DNA of 63,400 bases, counting the filler, from Bipalium vagum (Eukaryota), in the NCBI GenBank assembly GCA_037834085.1. It is 3 parts of 3 records of this genome, joined end to end, with 100 filler letters (N's around TTAATTAATTAA, not from the genome) between each part and the next. Parts side by side here need not be neighbours in the genome. Positions count along the whole stretch, not along the records: positions 1 to 21,960 come from JBBMKC010226769.1; positions 22,061 to 47,592 come from JBBMKC010189848.1; 1 more part is not named here. One strand, 5' to 3'. Below are positions 14,417-27,620 of the stretch, piece by piece. The notes beneath the pieces are model-generated. The model saw nothing but the letters and a program-made list of their open reading frames with translations. It had not been told where the DNA came from and ran no database searches. The position numbers and the translations under genes were made by a program. Each line of letters opens with the position of its first letter. Position 1 is the stretch's first letter.

Positions 14417-15162
14417 CGAGGATGGATTGATAAGTAGGCTAACTGACAAACTAGTGTGGCACAAAAATAAAATAAACTCTATTATTGAGAAGTAAAATAA
14501 ACCAATTTAATAACATAAAATTTTTATGTTAATTCATGTGTTAGGGTTTTTGTTTAAATCGTTTGAAGTGAGCAACTTTTGAATTCTATGAAAATTGGAG
14601 AATATGAATTTTGTATAGTTAATAAACACTTCTTTTTAAAAGGGAAAGCGGACAAAGAAACATCAGGAAAGCTAAGAAACATTAAGCTAAAACTGATTTC
14701 ATAAACAAATATTGGTTCGCTGAATTCAAGCGTAATTGACGAACAACGATGAGGTCACCTGAAAAAGGTGACTACACCAGAAATGATCAATAAAATTCAC
14801 TGTATTGTTTTTGGAAGATTGTCAAGTGAAAGTTTGCGAGAAAATTAACATTGTAAAAATCTCATATAAATTTGTGCACCACATTTTACAAGAAAATTTG
14901 CAATTAAAAACTCTCAATAAGAAGGGAGACGCGTTTGCTCATAATTGAACAAAAACGCAACCATGAGGTAATTTCAAAGCAATATTTGAACATCTTTCAG
15001 CGTAATCCAATTTATGATAAATGCAACTTTTCTAATGGCATGATAAAGCTTGAGCACCGGTGGAAAAAGTGCATAAACCTAAAAGAAGATTATGTTGAAA
15101 AGTAAAAATAAATATAAAATATTTTTTCTTACTTAGGTAGCCTACTGATCAATCTACCCTCG
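14417..15162 (+). mobile_element. Internally deleted mariner element
   Basis: ~30-bp TIRs TA|CGAGGATGGATTGATAAGTAGGCTA ... TAGCCTACTGATCAATCTACCCTCG|TA; N-term EYEFCIVNKHFFLKGK and C-term GMIKLEHRWKKCINLKEDYVEK*. Confidence 0.9.
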
Positions 15163-15775
15163 TATAAGAACCAAAGGAAATTATTCAGTACCCAGAAAAG
15201 TTAAATAGGAGACATCTCAACTCAAACCAAAAATGGACCAAGCTCTTTTTGCCAACTAGGCAGTACGTTACCTCATCAAGTTGAGAAAGTTTGATCTACA
15301 CAAGACAAATATGTTTTGTGCTTTTGAGTTTTGAATTTAAGGAAAATCAAAGTATAAGATGAAAAAGAATTTGAGAGGTTCATATTAAATCAAAGATTAT
15401 ATAAATAAAACAAGAAAAAAATTTGTTTTCTTAACATATAAAATTAATGTTCAAATAAATTTTATGTAATTATATTTTAGTTATATTATTTTATTATGTC
15501 AATGAATGGGAAATAATATACACCAGTTCTTTTTTTAAGACATCCTGAATTGTTTTCCAATTATTTAGAAATATCATTTATGTTATTTTAAATTTCAGTA
15601 ATTAAATGATAAGTTAAATTAAAGGATGATCTATAAACTAATTAATATCGCCGAAAATATAAAATCGTCTAAGAAAATAAATAATAATCAGTAATCGAAA
15701 TAAATAATAATCAAACAGCGCATATTTTTAAAAATGATCCATTATTTGTTTTATTATTTGTAGAATAAGACCATA

Positions 15776-16065
15776 TATTCGTGGTAAGGATAAAAGGTAC
15801 TTAGACTCCACCAGAAATAATAAAGTCAAGCCAACAACATTTGTGTACATTTATAGGTTTCATTTCTCAACATAACCGCCATTTACATTGAAGAACGTTT
15901 TCTACAAGTCGACCATTCAATTGAAGCCTATTTTAAAGAAATTTGATTCTTCTCTACAAGGAATTTCGTCACGCTATCCGTCATATTATCCTTTGAAAGA
16001 AATTTATGTTCTCGCATATGTTTCTTCAGATGATTGAACAACCAAAAACCAATTTGTGCAAGATC
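15776..16065 (-). mobile_element. Mariner 3' fragment
   Basis: Minus strand ends ...NVNGGYVEK*, a typical mariner C-terminus. Confidence 0.55.
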
Positions 16066-18227
16066 TCTACTTTTCTTTTTTTTATATCTTTTATTATATT
16101 ATACAAAACAAGATTTCAAATAATTAATTTCGTTAAAAATCTGAAAGATGTTATTTAGTTATTATGTTATTGTAAAATTAAAAGTGGTATAATTAAATTT
16201 GTTGATTTTAAAATTTATTTTCCAATTTATAATTTTTTATTTAAATGTTTTCATTTATTTTAATTGGAAATCCTTTTCAAGATTCTTACAAAATATTAAT
16301 TTTCCTTAATCAAAGTTCTGGTACCGGAACAAATAAGCTTATTTCTCATTTTCACTATAGATTGCAAATATAAGTGTAAATATAAAAATTAAAAAATATT
16401 TTTTCGATAAATATTTTGATTTAGCTTGACAATCAATATTTGTTGTGACGAATGAAATTTTTAGAAAATCAATGAAATAATTATCATCTTAAAATAATGG
16501 GAAAGTTATTTAGAATTATAACCAATCAAGGATTTAAAAATTGATGTTTAACAATCAAAATTATTGTTTTTTCAAATAAAGAGATAAATGAAAATAAATT
16601 ATCATATTTCGATTTTAAAATATTCTCAATTTCATTTAATTCAAACAACAAATTATTTAATTATGATTTTGTATATAAATTAAGAGAACTGTGAAAATCA
16701 ATAAATATATTTGTAGAATTCAAATATATTTTTAATTAAATATATTTTTTCTTTCAGTTACTGATATAAGCACATTTCCACATACAGTGTGAATATTTTA
16801 TTTACCCCAATAAATTATTTTTCTTTTATGATTAACGGTAAGAAACTGGGGTATTTTTTCTTAACTGAAATTTAATCACATTAATCGAAGATTTTAAAAA
16901 ATTATTATAAGATCAAATAAAATCTTGGTGGTAATCAAAACTATTCTCTTATAAAGATTGTATAAAATGTTCCAGGCTCTGATCATATCTTTTATGATTA
17001 TATCTTTTATACCCCAGTAGATCAGATCAGCTTAACCCTTTATGATAATAACAACTATATTTATTTGCTAAAAGCTAATTGTTAACACATTTTTGATTAA
17101 ATTAATTTAGTTTCATTATACGTATTACGATAATTATGATAATAATATTATATCCGGTGCATAAAAAGAAATTTCAGTTTTTCAACATATACTTTTTGAG
17201 TGTTATTAAAATATAAAAAAATATAAAAAAAATATAAAAAAAGATGTTTCATAAGAATTCAGATATATTGGAAAATTTATATATTAGTTTTTCATCATTT
17301 AATAATTTTAAAGGTTTTTCATGAGAGGTAAGAGATTATATTGGAATTATTATTCACTATCAGAAAATAATATTAATAAAGATTCCTTAAAAACTCAAAA
17401 AGATAGTCGAAGGATAGTCAGAAAATTTAAGCTATATTTAAAATATATTTTATATTATAAATGGTAGAAGTGAACGTACTTGAGAAATGGATCCACAAAG
17501 CAGTTTATAATTGTTTTAGAAATCACAGGGTTAATAGAAGAGTTGAGTAAATAATTTAAAATCTTTCGATGTAATTCTGACTTTTATCAAATAACTCAAC
17601 CACAGTTAACTGATAATAATCAATTATTGTGAGGTATTCAATAATAAAGATATTGGATTTTAAAAGTAAAACGTTCTAAACATTCAATTATTTAATTAAC
17701 AGAATTAATAATTTATAATAAATAAAAATTAATTTCATTTTTACCAATACCTCGATTTCATTATTAACAACCTATTCTGTTTTAGCTTAAAAAATAAATA
17801 AAGCAACATTACTCCAATTAACTAAGCAAAAACATTTTGGTTCATAAATAATTTTTTCCAATTAACTTTTTATTTATTGCTCTTTCTATCTCACTATTCT
17901 TATTGGTAATTAACATTTCAATTTATTAAAAAAAACTTTATTCAGTAATTTCATTGATCCAATAAATTATTTTATAATTATTATGTATATATATTGATTA
18001 TTATAATCAGTTCATCATTTCATATTTTTTAATATTTCAATATTCTTTGATTTTTTGGGTTCACCAAAGGTACGCATATGATTCAAAAATTGAAAATGAA
18101 TAATTAAAGATTACAATAACGCCCGAATAATAATAATAATAATAATAAAATAATTCAAATTTATCATAATTTATTTTTTAAAAAAAAGAATTATTTAAAA
18201 TCACAGGAAAATCAAAAATAATAATGA

Positions 18228-18288
18228 TAATAATAATAGTCCACCAATAATAAAACAATTCTAATATAATAATAATAATAACAACAAA

Positions 18289-18345
<57 letters not shown>
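18228..18345. repeat. (AAT)n microsatellite
   Basis: Direct reading; source of the poly-Ile ORF 18178..18372. Confidence 0.95.
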
Positions 18346-18349
<4 letters not shown>

Positions 18350-20319
18350 AGTCTTTTTGGAATAATTGTCAAAAGATTAGATTAATAATCAGAAAATTGG
18401 AAAAAATAGTTTTGAGAAGATTGGAAAAATATTCGACGCTTTCACAATCCATTTTTTCATTTAAATTAATTTATTATTTTCCTTTTTATGATGATGCGAC
18501 AGGATTCAACGCTAAGTCCTGTCTTGTTCGGTCGTTTATAGGTGTACCGGTGCGGGCCTACACAAGAACCCATAACTAGTGGTTGGTGAGTGATTTTTCT
18601 TTTCAGCATCTTCTTTTCCATAATAAATGAAACATTATCTTAATTATTTATTTTTATAATTCTTTAATCGTTTACTCGATTGTGTATTTGGAACAATTCA
18701 TTTTTTATTATGTGATTGGAGTAATTTGTTTCTTTTTAAGATTTGATCATTATGTATTCATCTTGAAAAATTAGATCATTGTTTACTTTAGTCAGTATCA
18801 TTTAATCGATTATTGGTTTTTTGATACTTTGACTACCTGTAAACTAGTTTTTGGTATATTTGACGATTATTGTTAATTGATTATAACATCTTATGATAAA
18901 ATAATCAAGTTTATTGTTATTAAATTGATTCATTATTAAAAGAGTACGTTAGAAACATAAATGAAAGTGTTATTAAATTGCGAACTCAAAATTATGTAAT
19001 ATTAACAGATTTTATAAACTTATGTTATTCTAGGTCAAATGTTACTACTAAAAAATAAAATATTAAAAATTCTAATTAATTAAAAATTAATATTAATAAT
19101 AAGTAAGCTTAATAAATAATATATTTCAGGACATCAATTATAAAAAAATTATAATAAATAAAAATAAATTATTATAAATAAATAAAGTAATATTTTTAAA
19201 AATTCTCATTATTTAAACAAAATCCTTTAAATTCATCTTAAATATGTAAATCATTTTTAATTTTCTTTTACTGTAGAAAAGTTAATCAATTATTTTTGTA
19301 TTTCTATTAGTTTCAAGTACCGAGTTTTGTTTGTTTGGAATGAAGGAAAGAATGATTTTTGATAAAAATATCGGAAAATAATTAAAATATTAAAAATGTC
19401 TTAAGCTCTTCAAAAAATATTCTTTTCGCACTTATTCTAGAATTAGATCCTATCATAACCATAAATACTGTTTATTTCTGTCTGATACATAATACGGGTT
19501 CTCATGGAATATTGTACGAAGTGAACTACATTTCTATTCAGAATATATTCACTATTTCTCTTATGTTTCATTAAATTATCCTAAAAAATAATATTTAAGA
19601 TATTATATTATACTGTTCTTTGCGAAAAAAAATAAATAATGAAATGTACTGGCAGTAAATTACGAAAAATTAAAAGTCACATTCAACAATTCTTCAATAA
19701 AAATCTTAGACTATTATGAAGTTTTACTGGTAAGGTGACTAAAACCTAATTATTTATTGAACATTTACTTCTTGAACTATAAAATAACTAATTCCCACTG
19801 GAGTGATGAAGAAAAGTATTTTATAATTTTATTTAATTACAGTACTATAGTATTATTATTATTATTATTATTATTATCATTTATTGATTTATTTTTTAAC
19901 AAATTAAAAAAATTTTTTGTATAGAAATTATTATAAAATAAATAAATAGTCCTTTTCCATATATTAATGGACAAAGATCTATTTCATCTTTAGTAAGAAA
20001 TCAACATTGACTCCATACATACTCTAGAGATATGTAAATGAATATTTTAGTGTCATTACAAATGATGTGGGATCCAAGTTGATTGTGGATCATGATAAAA
20101 TTAGATAAACATGTTAAGCACTCCAGGACAAGACAGAGTAACGATCACATTTTATTAGGTCATCTAGAACGTAATGACTTTTTGATAAAAACTAGTTTAA
20201 ATTATTTTTAAAAATTTTATAAAGTTATAAATTTAATTTATGCAAAAATTTCAAATTTAAAAAATAAAAATAAAAAAGTTTAAAATATGAAAGTAAATGT
20301 TACCTTACTGAAATTGATA

Positions 20320-21288
20320 TAAGTGTATCTGTTTAAGTTGTACGAGTATCTTGTTAACATATAATGTTAATATTTTATGAATATTTTAAATTGAACCAAT
20401 CGGCATTATAGAAAAACAAAAGACAGTAATAGAATTTCCGACCAAAGAGCGATGTACAGTTATCAATATTCAAAGAAAACTAAGAAATGTCAATCAGGAT
20501 ACGAAAATTGATATAAGTAACGTTAAGCATTTTCAGAGAGATTTAAAGAGGAAGAAACAAATGTATAAGACAAACAAAAAAGAATTCACCAACTGACTTT
20601 AGTTACATGCGAGAATTGATCTAAGATTAATGTAATGATTTTAGGAGACAGGAAAATCAGTTCAACAAAGGTTGCATTTTCTGTCTGTGTCCTCTATATC
20701 TGTCCATTCAATTAATGACTTGAGGTCTTAAATAGAAAGATATAGTAAAAAGATTATAGTAACACTGTTTTAATTTTTGCTACCTTGTAATTATCCAGCA
20801 CCAAAAACTGCACATCATTTTAACAAACTTTGTAAAAACGTAGGCTCAGTGTCTTGAAGAAGAGGAAATAGAAAAATGATGATTTATTCCAAATTCATCA
20901 TGACAATAAAAAGTCGCATAATTTGTTTGTCACAAATCAAATTATTACGAAAATGGAGTTGAATGCTTTCCTCATCAATCATTCAGTCTTGATTTAGCTC
21001 CAGGAGACTTATTTGTTCGGATCAATTAAAAACTATTTTTGTGGACAGCACAGAGTAGATCAAAATGGCTTTCAAGACACAGTTCAAAAAATGCCCTTAA
21101 GGTGTTTTCCAAAAAGGATTTAGTGGTTGAATTAGAAGATGGCGTCTTGTATAGAACAGACAGAGATTATGTTGAAAACTGGAACTTTTGACTTGTGCAG
21201 TGTAAATAAAGGTGTACCAAAATATTCTTACTTGTGTAGAAACAAATAAACTATTCAAGTGAAGGCATTACTTTTTGATACACCCGTA
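20320..21288 (+). mobile_element. Degenerate mariner element
   Basis: KQKTVIEF..KE HTH-like N-terminus, HHDN, SLDLAPGD and CIEQ..DYVE remnants; right TIR ...TTTTGATACACCCG|TA; left end approximate. Confidence 0.7.
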
Positions 21289-21469
21289 TATTTATGTTAA
21301 AATATTTCTTGGTCAAATATGAAGATTTATTAAATTTGTAGGAATAACAAAATTTTCTAAAATTCTAAATTTATGTTAGTTTTTACCATTCATTCACGGT
21401 TAAAAAGTATTGGCTATTAGAATTTTAGAATACAGGTTATTTGTTATTATAATGTATAATTACAAAAAA

Positions 21470-21830
21470 TCGTTGAGGTCCCACTACGGTGAACAATGAT
21501 AAACTGAATAAGGTTATTAAGGTTCATAGGTGGACAGCAATCTGGTAACTTATCAAATATAAGTCATCCAACAGTTCTGAATCAAGTGAAACAACAGGGA
21601 GCTTGAAAAATAGTTATTCCATGTTTTAAATGAGAAACAAAAATTAACATTGAAGTGGGTTCATTATTTCTTTTGTAAAACATGAATGAATATTTTTAAA
21701 AATCCATTTTGGATCTTAAAGGGAAAAGCAAGAGTTCAGCACGGTGGTTTGATTGTGGTGAATCTGCACCGCTTTTTCAAAATGAGAATTCCCTAAAAGA
21801 AGGTCTTGCTCATTGTGGTTTTTAAATATA
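21470..21830 (+). mobile_element. Mariner transposase fragment
   Basis: Remnants PTTVNNDKL and RWFDCGESAP...KVLL. Confidence 0.5.
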
Positions 21831-21960
21831 TTGATCAATTTCCATAGTGTAACTGTCATAACATGAAAGCCTTAATTTTAAAATCATAATTTAAAAATTT
21901 TAATAATACAGTAGAGGCTGAAACAATCGAAAAAATATTAAAAAATCAAATGAATGAATA

Positions 21961-22060
21961 NNNNNNNNNNNNNNNNNNNNNNNNNNNNNNNNNNNNNNNN
22001 NNNNTTAATTAATTAANNNNNNNNNNNNNNNNNNNNNNNNNNNNNNNNNNNNNNNNNNNN
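21961..22060. other. Assembly gap: N44-TTAATTAATTAA-N44 linker
   Basis: Direct reading; the 12-mer has stops in all six frames. Confidence 0.97.
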
Positions 22061-22398
22061 AAGTAATTATAATTATATATTTCCATCATTTTATGTAAAT
22101 TACAGGGGTGGCTCCAAACATATGGACGGCATTGTATTTCAATTACAGAAGATTTGGAATTCTGAATCATTTTTCCAATGATGGAGTAAAAGAATACAAA
22201 CAGAATAGTTTTTATCAACTTTCATATCATTCTGTAATACTAAGAAAAAAATAAACATATTTTATTTCTAGAACATTTACTTGTTATGTCTTTTAAAAAT
22301 GACAGTAAATAAGTTTAATTTATTAGGCTATTTAAACAATTTACCTTTAAATATTACAATTTCAAAAAGTGACCAAAAACTTTTGGGACACCCGAATA
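22061..22398 (-). mobile_element. Mariner 5' end fragment truncated by the gap
   Basis: TIR-like TTTTGGGACACCCGAATA; MKVDKNYSVCILLLHHWK start. Confidence 0.45.
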
Positions 22399-24002
22399 AA
22401 TGATTGATCAAAAACAATTTTGCATCATTGTATTGTGATTAAAAAACAATTTTGCTTACTTTATTTTATGCTTATTTTTATTACTGTAGTTTTGTAAGAA
22501 AATTAAATAATAAAAGTATGTATACAGTTTTTATGACACCTTGTATTAGTACACAATATCGATTAAAAATAAACACAAAACATTCATTATTTTAGTTATT
22601 TGAACTTATTATTTGATTTTAAAACGAACACAATTTTTATAAAAGCCTCTAACCGTTAAGTTCTTAATTGATTTAAGTTAAATTAGCTCCACTTTTTTTG
22701 AGAAAACTTAATAATTGATTTTAAATTAATTTTTATGTAGTTATTAACTGTTTTAATTCCATGATACATTTTTAAAAAATCAATTTTAATTAGATTTGCT
22801 CTAAAAATGCAAATTTATTGAAGCAACCTTTTATGAACCATAGGAACTAAAATAAAATTATATATGGTTACCCGGAAATTATTATTTGTGCTAAAGAATT
22901 CGTTAATTAATTACGAATATCTCAAATTCATCCAGTGGTCTATTCAGACTGTATTCTAAGACTAAGGTCCTACTCAGATAAAATTTTCTATTCCCATATT
23001 TCAATGTCTACATTCAGTAACATTTAAACCAAAAATTTTTTACTCAATTGATTCTTATCAGTAGTCATTATGATTGTAGATAAGAAATTTGTCATGAAGA
23101 ATATATTTAATGAAACAATTTAAAAAGTAGAGATGACATCTGCAGTATTTCTTTCCATAAAATTATTTTGGATAAGTTTTGATACACGTTTATTTCTTTT
23201 GGGTAGATTGGTTAATTGAATCTGTGTATACAGGAGATTAAATGGGATTGTCTATTGTGTTAAAAAATTTAACATTTTCATTTTTATACTTTTACAGATT
23301 TCTATTTTTTAAAATTAGTAATAAAGAACATTTGATAATTTTTAATATAACAAAATTTAATTGAAAATTAACAATTTACATAAAAATCATAGATGAAAGG
23401 AAATTTAATAAATTTTTTACATTAAAAATGATATGTAGTAAAAGAATTAAAAGCAAATATATTTCAAATAAATATTTATTTAATTTATTCTTTTACTAAA
23501 TCCGATTTTTAAAAAACATTTGTATTTTAGAATTTTTATCTAATTTGTGTGATTTTTATATTATGAAGATTTTCAATAGCTTAACTTTTATGTTGGGAAA
23601 TTTTGAAAATATTTTTAGTAAGAATATTTAAGGTAACTAATATCATTTATCGTTATTGTATTTTTAAAATTTTTAATATAGAATTTTTTTGTATTTTCTA
23701 TTATTTGTAAAACACTAATATTTTGATGTACATCTCTAATTTATTGAGCTGATAAGATTTTCATTTATTGGTATTTTAATCAACTTTAAGAAAATAGTTT
23801 GATGTTAAAACCAATTTTGTTTATGTTTGATTAACTAAAACATGTCAGTAAAAACCTTTTTATTTTATGTAATTTATAATTATGGATTAACTTAATTATT
23901 TGTTTTCATCACTATTTCATATGATTGTAGTGAAAAATTATGACAGTAGTTATATAAGTTTTAAGTTATTAACATAATGGTTCTTTTTTGTTGTTGCTTA
24001 AC

Positions 24003-24521
24003 AGCTAATAGGAAGTGCGTTCTTATTGGTTAATCTATTTTTGTAATAATTATTTACAACAAAAAAGAACCAAATATTCAAATCCGCAATTTAGGACTTC
24101 TAAATTATGAAAGAGAAATGGTAAAATGTTAGAAGCAAATTAATAAATTTAAATCTAAAAGTGGATTATTTAAAATCTGACAATAAAGAGCTAGTAGATA
24201 TTTCCAAAAAGCAAGATATCAATTTACCAGTAATAATTTTTTTCGAATATATTTATATATAACTAGTTTATAACTATAACAATTTCAATCTTTTGACAGG
24301 ACGTGGGAAAAGACGCAACAGGCGATGACATAAACTCTGCCTTGCATTCGGTAGTGAAACCAAAATTCATTCAATCCATTAAATTAATTTGATCTAAATA
24401 TTGATCAAAATTTATTTAGGATACCTTTTTTATATTGAGGATTTGGAGATTTGGTTCTTTTTTGTTGTAAATAATTATTACAAAAATAGATTAACCAATA
24501 GGAACGCACTTATTAACAGCC
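24003..24521. mobile_element. MITE with ~85-bp TIRs, PIF/Harbinger-like
   Basis: 24003-24090 is the near-exact reverse complement of 24434-24521; AAC flanks both ends (3-bp TSD); terminus GGCT. Confidence 0.8.
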
Positions 24522-24747
24522 AACATAATCATTTGCAAAATTGAAAATCTGTCAAAACTAAATGCTAAGGTGTTTGAAAATTTGTAAACAATTCATAGCA
24601 TATGGCTTTTAAAAACAAAAAAAAATACAAAATAAATGCCTAACCATATTAATCTAATCGGGGTTTAAAATTGTAAATCATGATTATGGGTTTGTATGCT
24701 TTCGTATAAATCTCATAAAATTGATATTTGTCAAAATAACAAATATT

Positions 24748-27090
24748 GGTTATCCTGCGGTTTGGGTTTGTTTAAAACATGAAAATTAATTAAAGTTGTC
24801 TACTATTAATAGTAAGTAAAAATAAACATTTTTACTTACTATACTAGATAGTTTTCAACTAAAATATTAACGAAAACAACGAATATATCAGTCTTGAGGA
24901 ACCTAATGCGAAAAAGAAATTCTTGTGGGTATGAAGGAAATAGTTCATTCGATGTACCGAACTGGCGAGGATTTTAATGTTTAGCACGCATTCATTTATT
25001 CTCAATATTTTTTGCGTGGATGTCGCTATCATCAGGATTAATAATAAAATGCTGATGCATCACAATACTGTGCATATATATATGCCTTCGCCGATGTATG
25101 GAATATTTTTATACGCAGGCCAATCATCCGACATAATGTGTGTGCCAGGAAGTACATTTCTCCTAATCAAAGGTTCCAAGGTAGCCTTAGTTCGATCGGG
25201 AACATCGATAAGGAAGCACTTTCCCGATTCACCTTCAATGCCCTCGAACACCCAGTGTCCTTCTTTTCACTGGCCGATGGAAATATTTAGTTTCGTCTAT
25301 TTCCACTACTATTGGCAAACAATTATCATCTATCCCACCGATGTCATACGGATTATTTTCTAGTCTCATCGCGCATAAAGTTGATCAAATCATCAACTGT
25401 GTGGTCTCCTATGACATTAGCCTCGTGTTTCATAAAACGTCGAGGAAGATCTAGAGCCTAAACATAAATCATGATGATGATTTTCTTCATATTTAGATGG
25501 CTTCTTGAGAATAATTAGCCATATCTAATTGATTTTCGGGTTTTACATGTGGCACAGTACCAACTCTTACCATCGATACTATTGGCATGGTATGGTTTAT
25601 CACATGTCACATTGGACATTATTTTTTATTAAACAACGTTTGGCTAACCAAATAAGGCAAGCGTCCTCATCCTTCAATTCTTCTACTAAGGTTTCAGTAT
25701 TAGATATTACATTTCTTTCGTCAATTGAAATAATCTCATCTTGTTCAGCAATATAGATGGAACCTTTTGTTTTCCCCGTTTAACTAATATATATATATAT
25801 ATTTATATAAAACATAATTTACTTATAGGGTGGTGCATTTAAAACGTTAGAAAGTAAAACATCAAAACTCTGGAAAAAACTATAAATATTTTATTTTTAT
25901 TTATTAAATATGGAGATTTATACAGTATTTAGCTATTTGAATATAATAATGGTAAGATGAGATTTATGCAAGCTCTGCATCTTGCCAAAAAGATATTCAT
26001 TACCGGTGTAACCATTTCTTTTTGAATCTTGCGGATTGCATCTTTTAAGTCTGTAATGTTTTGCGGATTGGTTTGATAGACCTTGTCCTTGCAATAGCCC
26101 CACAAAATGAGATCCGGAGCTGTCAAGTCTGGCGATCTGGGGGGTCATCTGAAATTTGCATTCTGAAAATCGTCCTCAAGTATTCCATGACTATCTTTTT
26201 GATTTGTGGTGTTGCTCCATCTTGTTGAAACCATGTCAAACGAATAGATATAGGACGCCAACTCAATTCTGACTCAAAAAACTGTTGTAATATCCCCAAA
26301 TAACTCTCCCCAGCGAAATAAGAACCAAATGACACGCTTGGACGATACTGCACACCATACAGTTACTCGACTCGGATGTAATTTCTTTTCGTGGATAATG
26401 CTTGGGTTTTTATCTGCTCAATAACGAAAATTTTGCCTTTTTACATTTCCATTAAGATCAAAATGTGACTCATCAGATATGAACAAACAGCTTAACAAGG
26501 TCTTATCCTCTTCCACCATACTGATAGTGGTAGTCAGTTTGCTCTAATTTACTGACTATTTGCATTTTGTATTGAAATAAATGCAAATCATCATTTAAAA
26601 TGCGTTGAACACTTCGTCTGCTGATATTGAGTTGACAAGACAGACTGCGTGTTGATAATCTCGGATTTGTTTCAATTGCCGCGGCTACTGCAGCAATGTT
26701 GTCAGCAGTTTGTATCGGACAATTTCTATTTTTTGACATAACATAAAAATTACCCTCAAGTTCGAAATGATTAATCACACGCCTAATGATTGTTGTACTC
26801 GGTCTCTTTTATTTATATTCCTGTTTGAGTGCTCGCCGGACCAAAATTGGAGAATGGAATTCATAAAAAAATTTAATTAATTTAATTTTGATTTCTGCAT
26901 TCATAATTATAATGATATAAATTTCCACACTGTACTTATAACAAAATGAAACATTAAAACAAATATGCCTGCATATTGAAGTTATCAATCATTACTTTCG
27001 AACGTTTTAAATGCGCCACCTTATATAATTAAAAGTAATTGTTTATTTATTTTTATAATATTTTAAACGAACCTAAACTACGGGATAACC
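24748..27090 (-). mobile_element. Merlin (IS1595/ISXO2-like) DNA transposon, degenerate, interrupted by a nested mariner-superfamily element
   Basis: 30-bp TIRs GGTTATCCTGCGGTTTGGGTTTGTTTAAAA / GGTTATCCCGTAGTTTAGGTTCGTTTAAAA; 8-bp TSD CAAATATT/TAAATATT; WVFEGIE..SGKCFLIDVPDRTKATLEPLIRRNVLPGTHIMSDDWPAY at 25060-25260. Confidence 0.9.
25826..27023 (-). mobile_element. Full-length degenerate DD41D-type Tc1/mariner element nested in Merlin
   Basis: TIRs TAGGGTGGTGCATTTAAAACGTTAGAAAGTAA / TAAGGTGGCGCATTTAAAACGTTCGAAAGTAA, TA TSD; frameshifted FQQDGAT and PDLILWGYCKDKVY. Confidence 0.9.
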
Positions 27091-27149
27091 TAAATATTTT
27101 TATCATTTTTGGGTTGATTGATTTTAATTTACTATACACATGATTCCCT

Positions 27150-27620
27150 AAAACTGCCTTCACGACTTGTTCCAAAATGGAGTAAAAAAGCAGTATTGTT
27201 ATTATTATACCTTATTAAAGTAACTTTCAAAACTCGATGGATTCCCTTGGTAAATCCTCTTGCATTGTTATAATGATAAAAAATAATGAAACCACTGTGA
27301 TTTTCTTTCTCTGGAAACTAAAACACTTATATGGAACAAAGTAATCTTCAGCAATTAAAATATAATATTCTAATTTTTGATGTTTGCTGGAGCAAATTTC
27401 TAGGAATATCTTTTGCTTTATATAGTCATAGAGATTGGTCAACGATTACCAATCCCTACGCTTCGATACGACTATTTCCATCAATAGCCCTTTATTTCTA
27501 ACTTTGTCTCTGTGTAGAGACAAAGTTAGAAAAATGAATAAATTAATTTAACAAATTACTCCGACGTCGGAGTTTATTTCCTTATTTATTATTAATTTCT
27601 TAAATTCAATACATCAAAGT
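27150..27620 (-). repeat. Solo LTR-like remnant homologous to 51.5-51.9 kb
   Basis: 27417-27480 aligns with 51765-51828; minus-strand TATATAAAG; perfect 17-bp hairpin at 27495-27532. Boundaries approximate. Confidence 0.5.

Noticed and set aside
18178-18372. Poly-Ile membrane-like ORF
   Set aside because: Translation of an (ATT)n microsatellite
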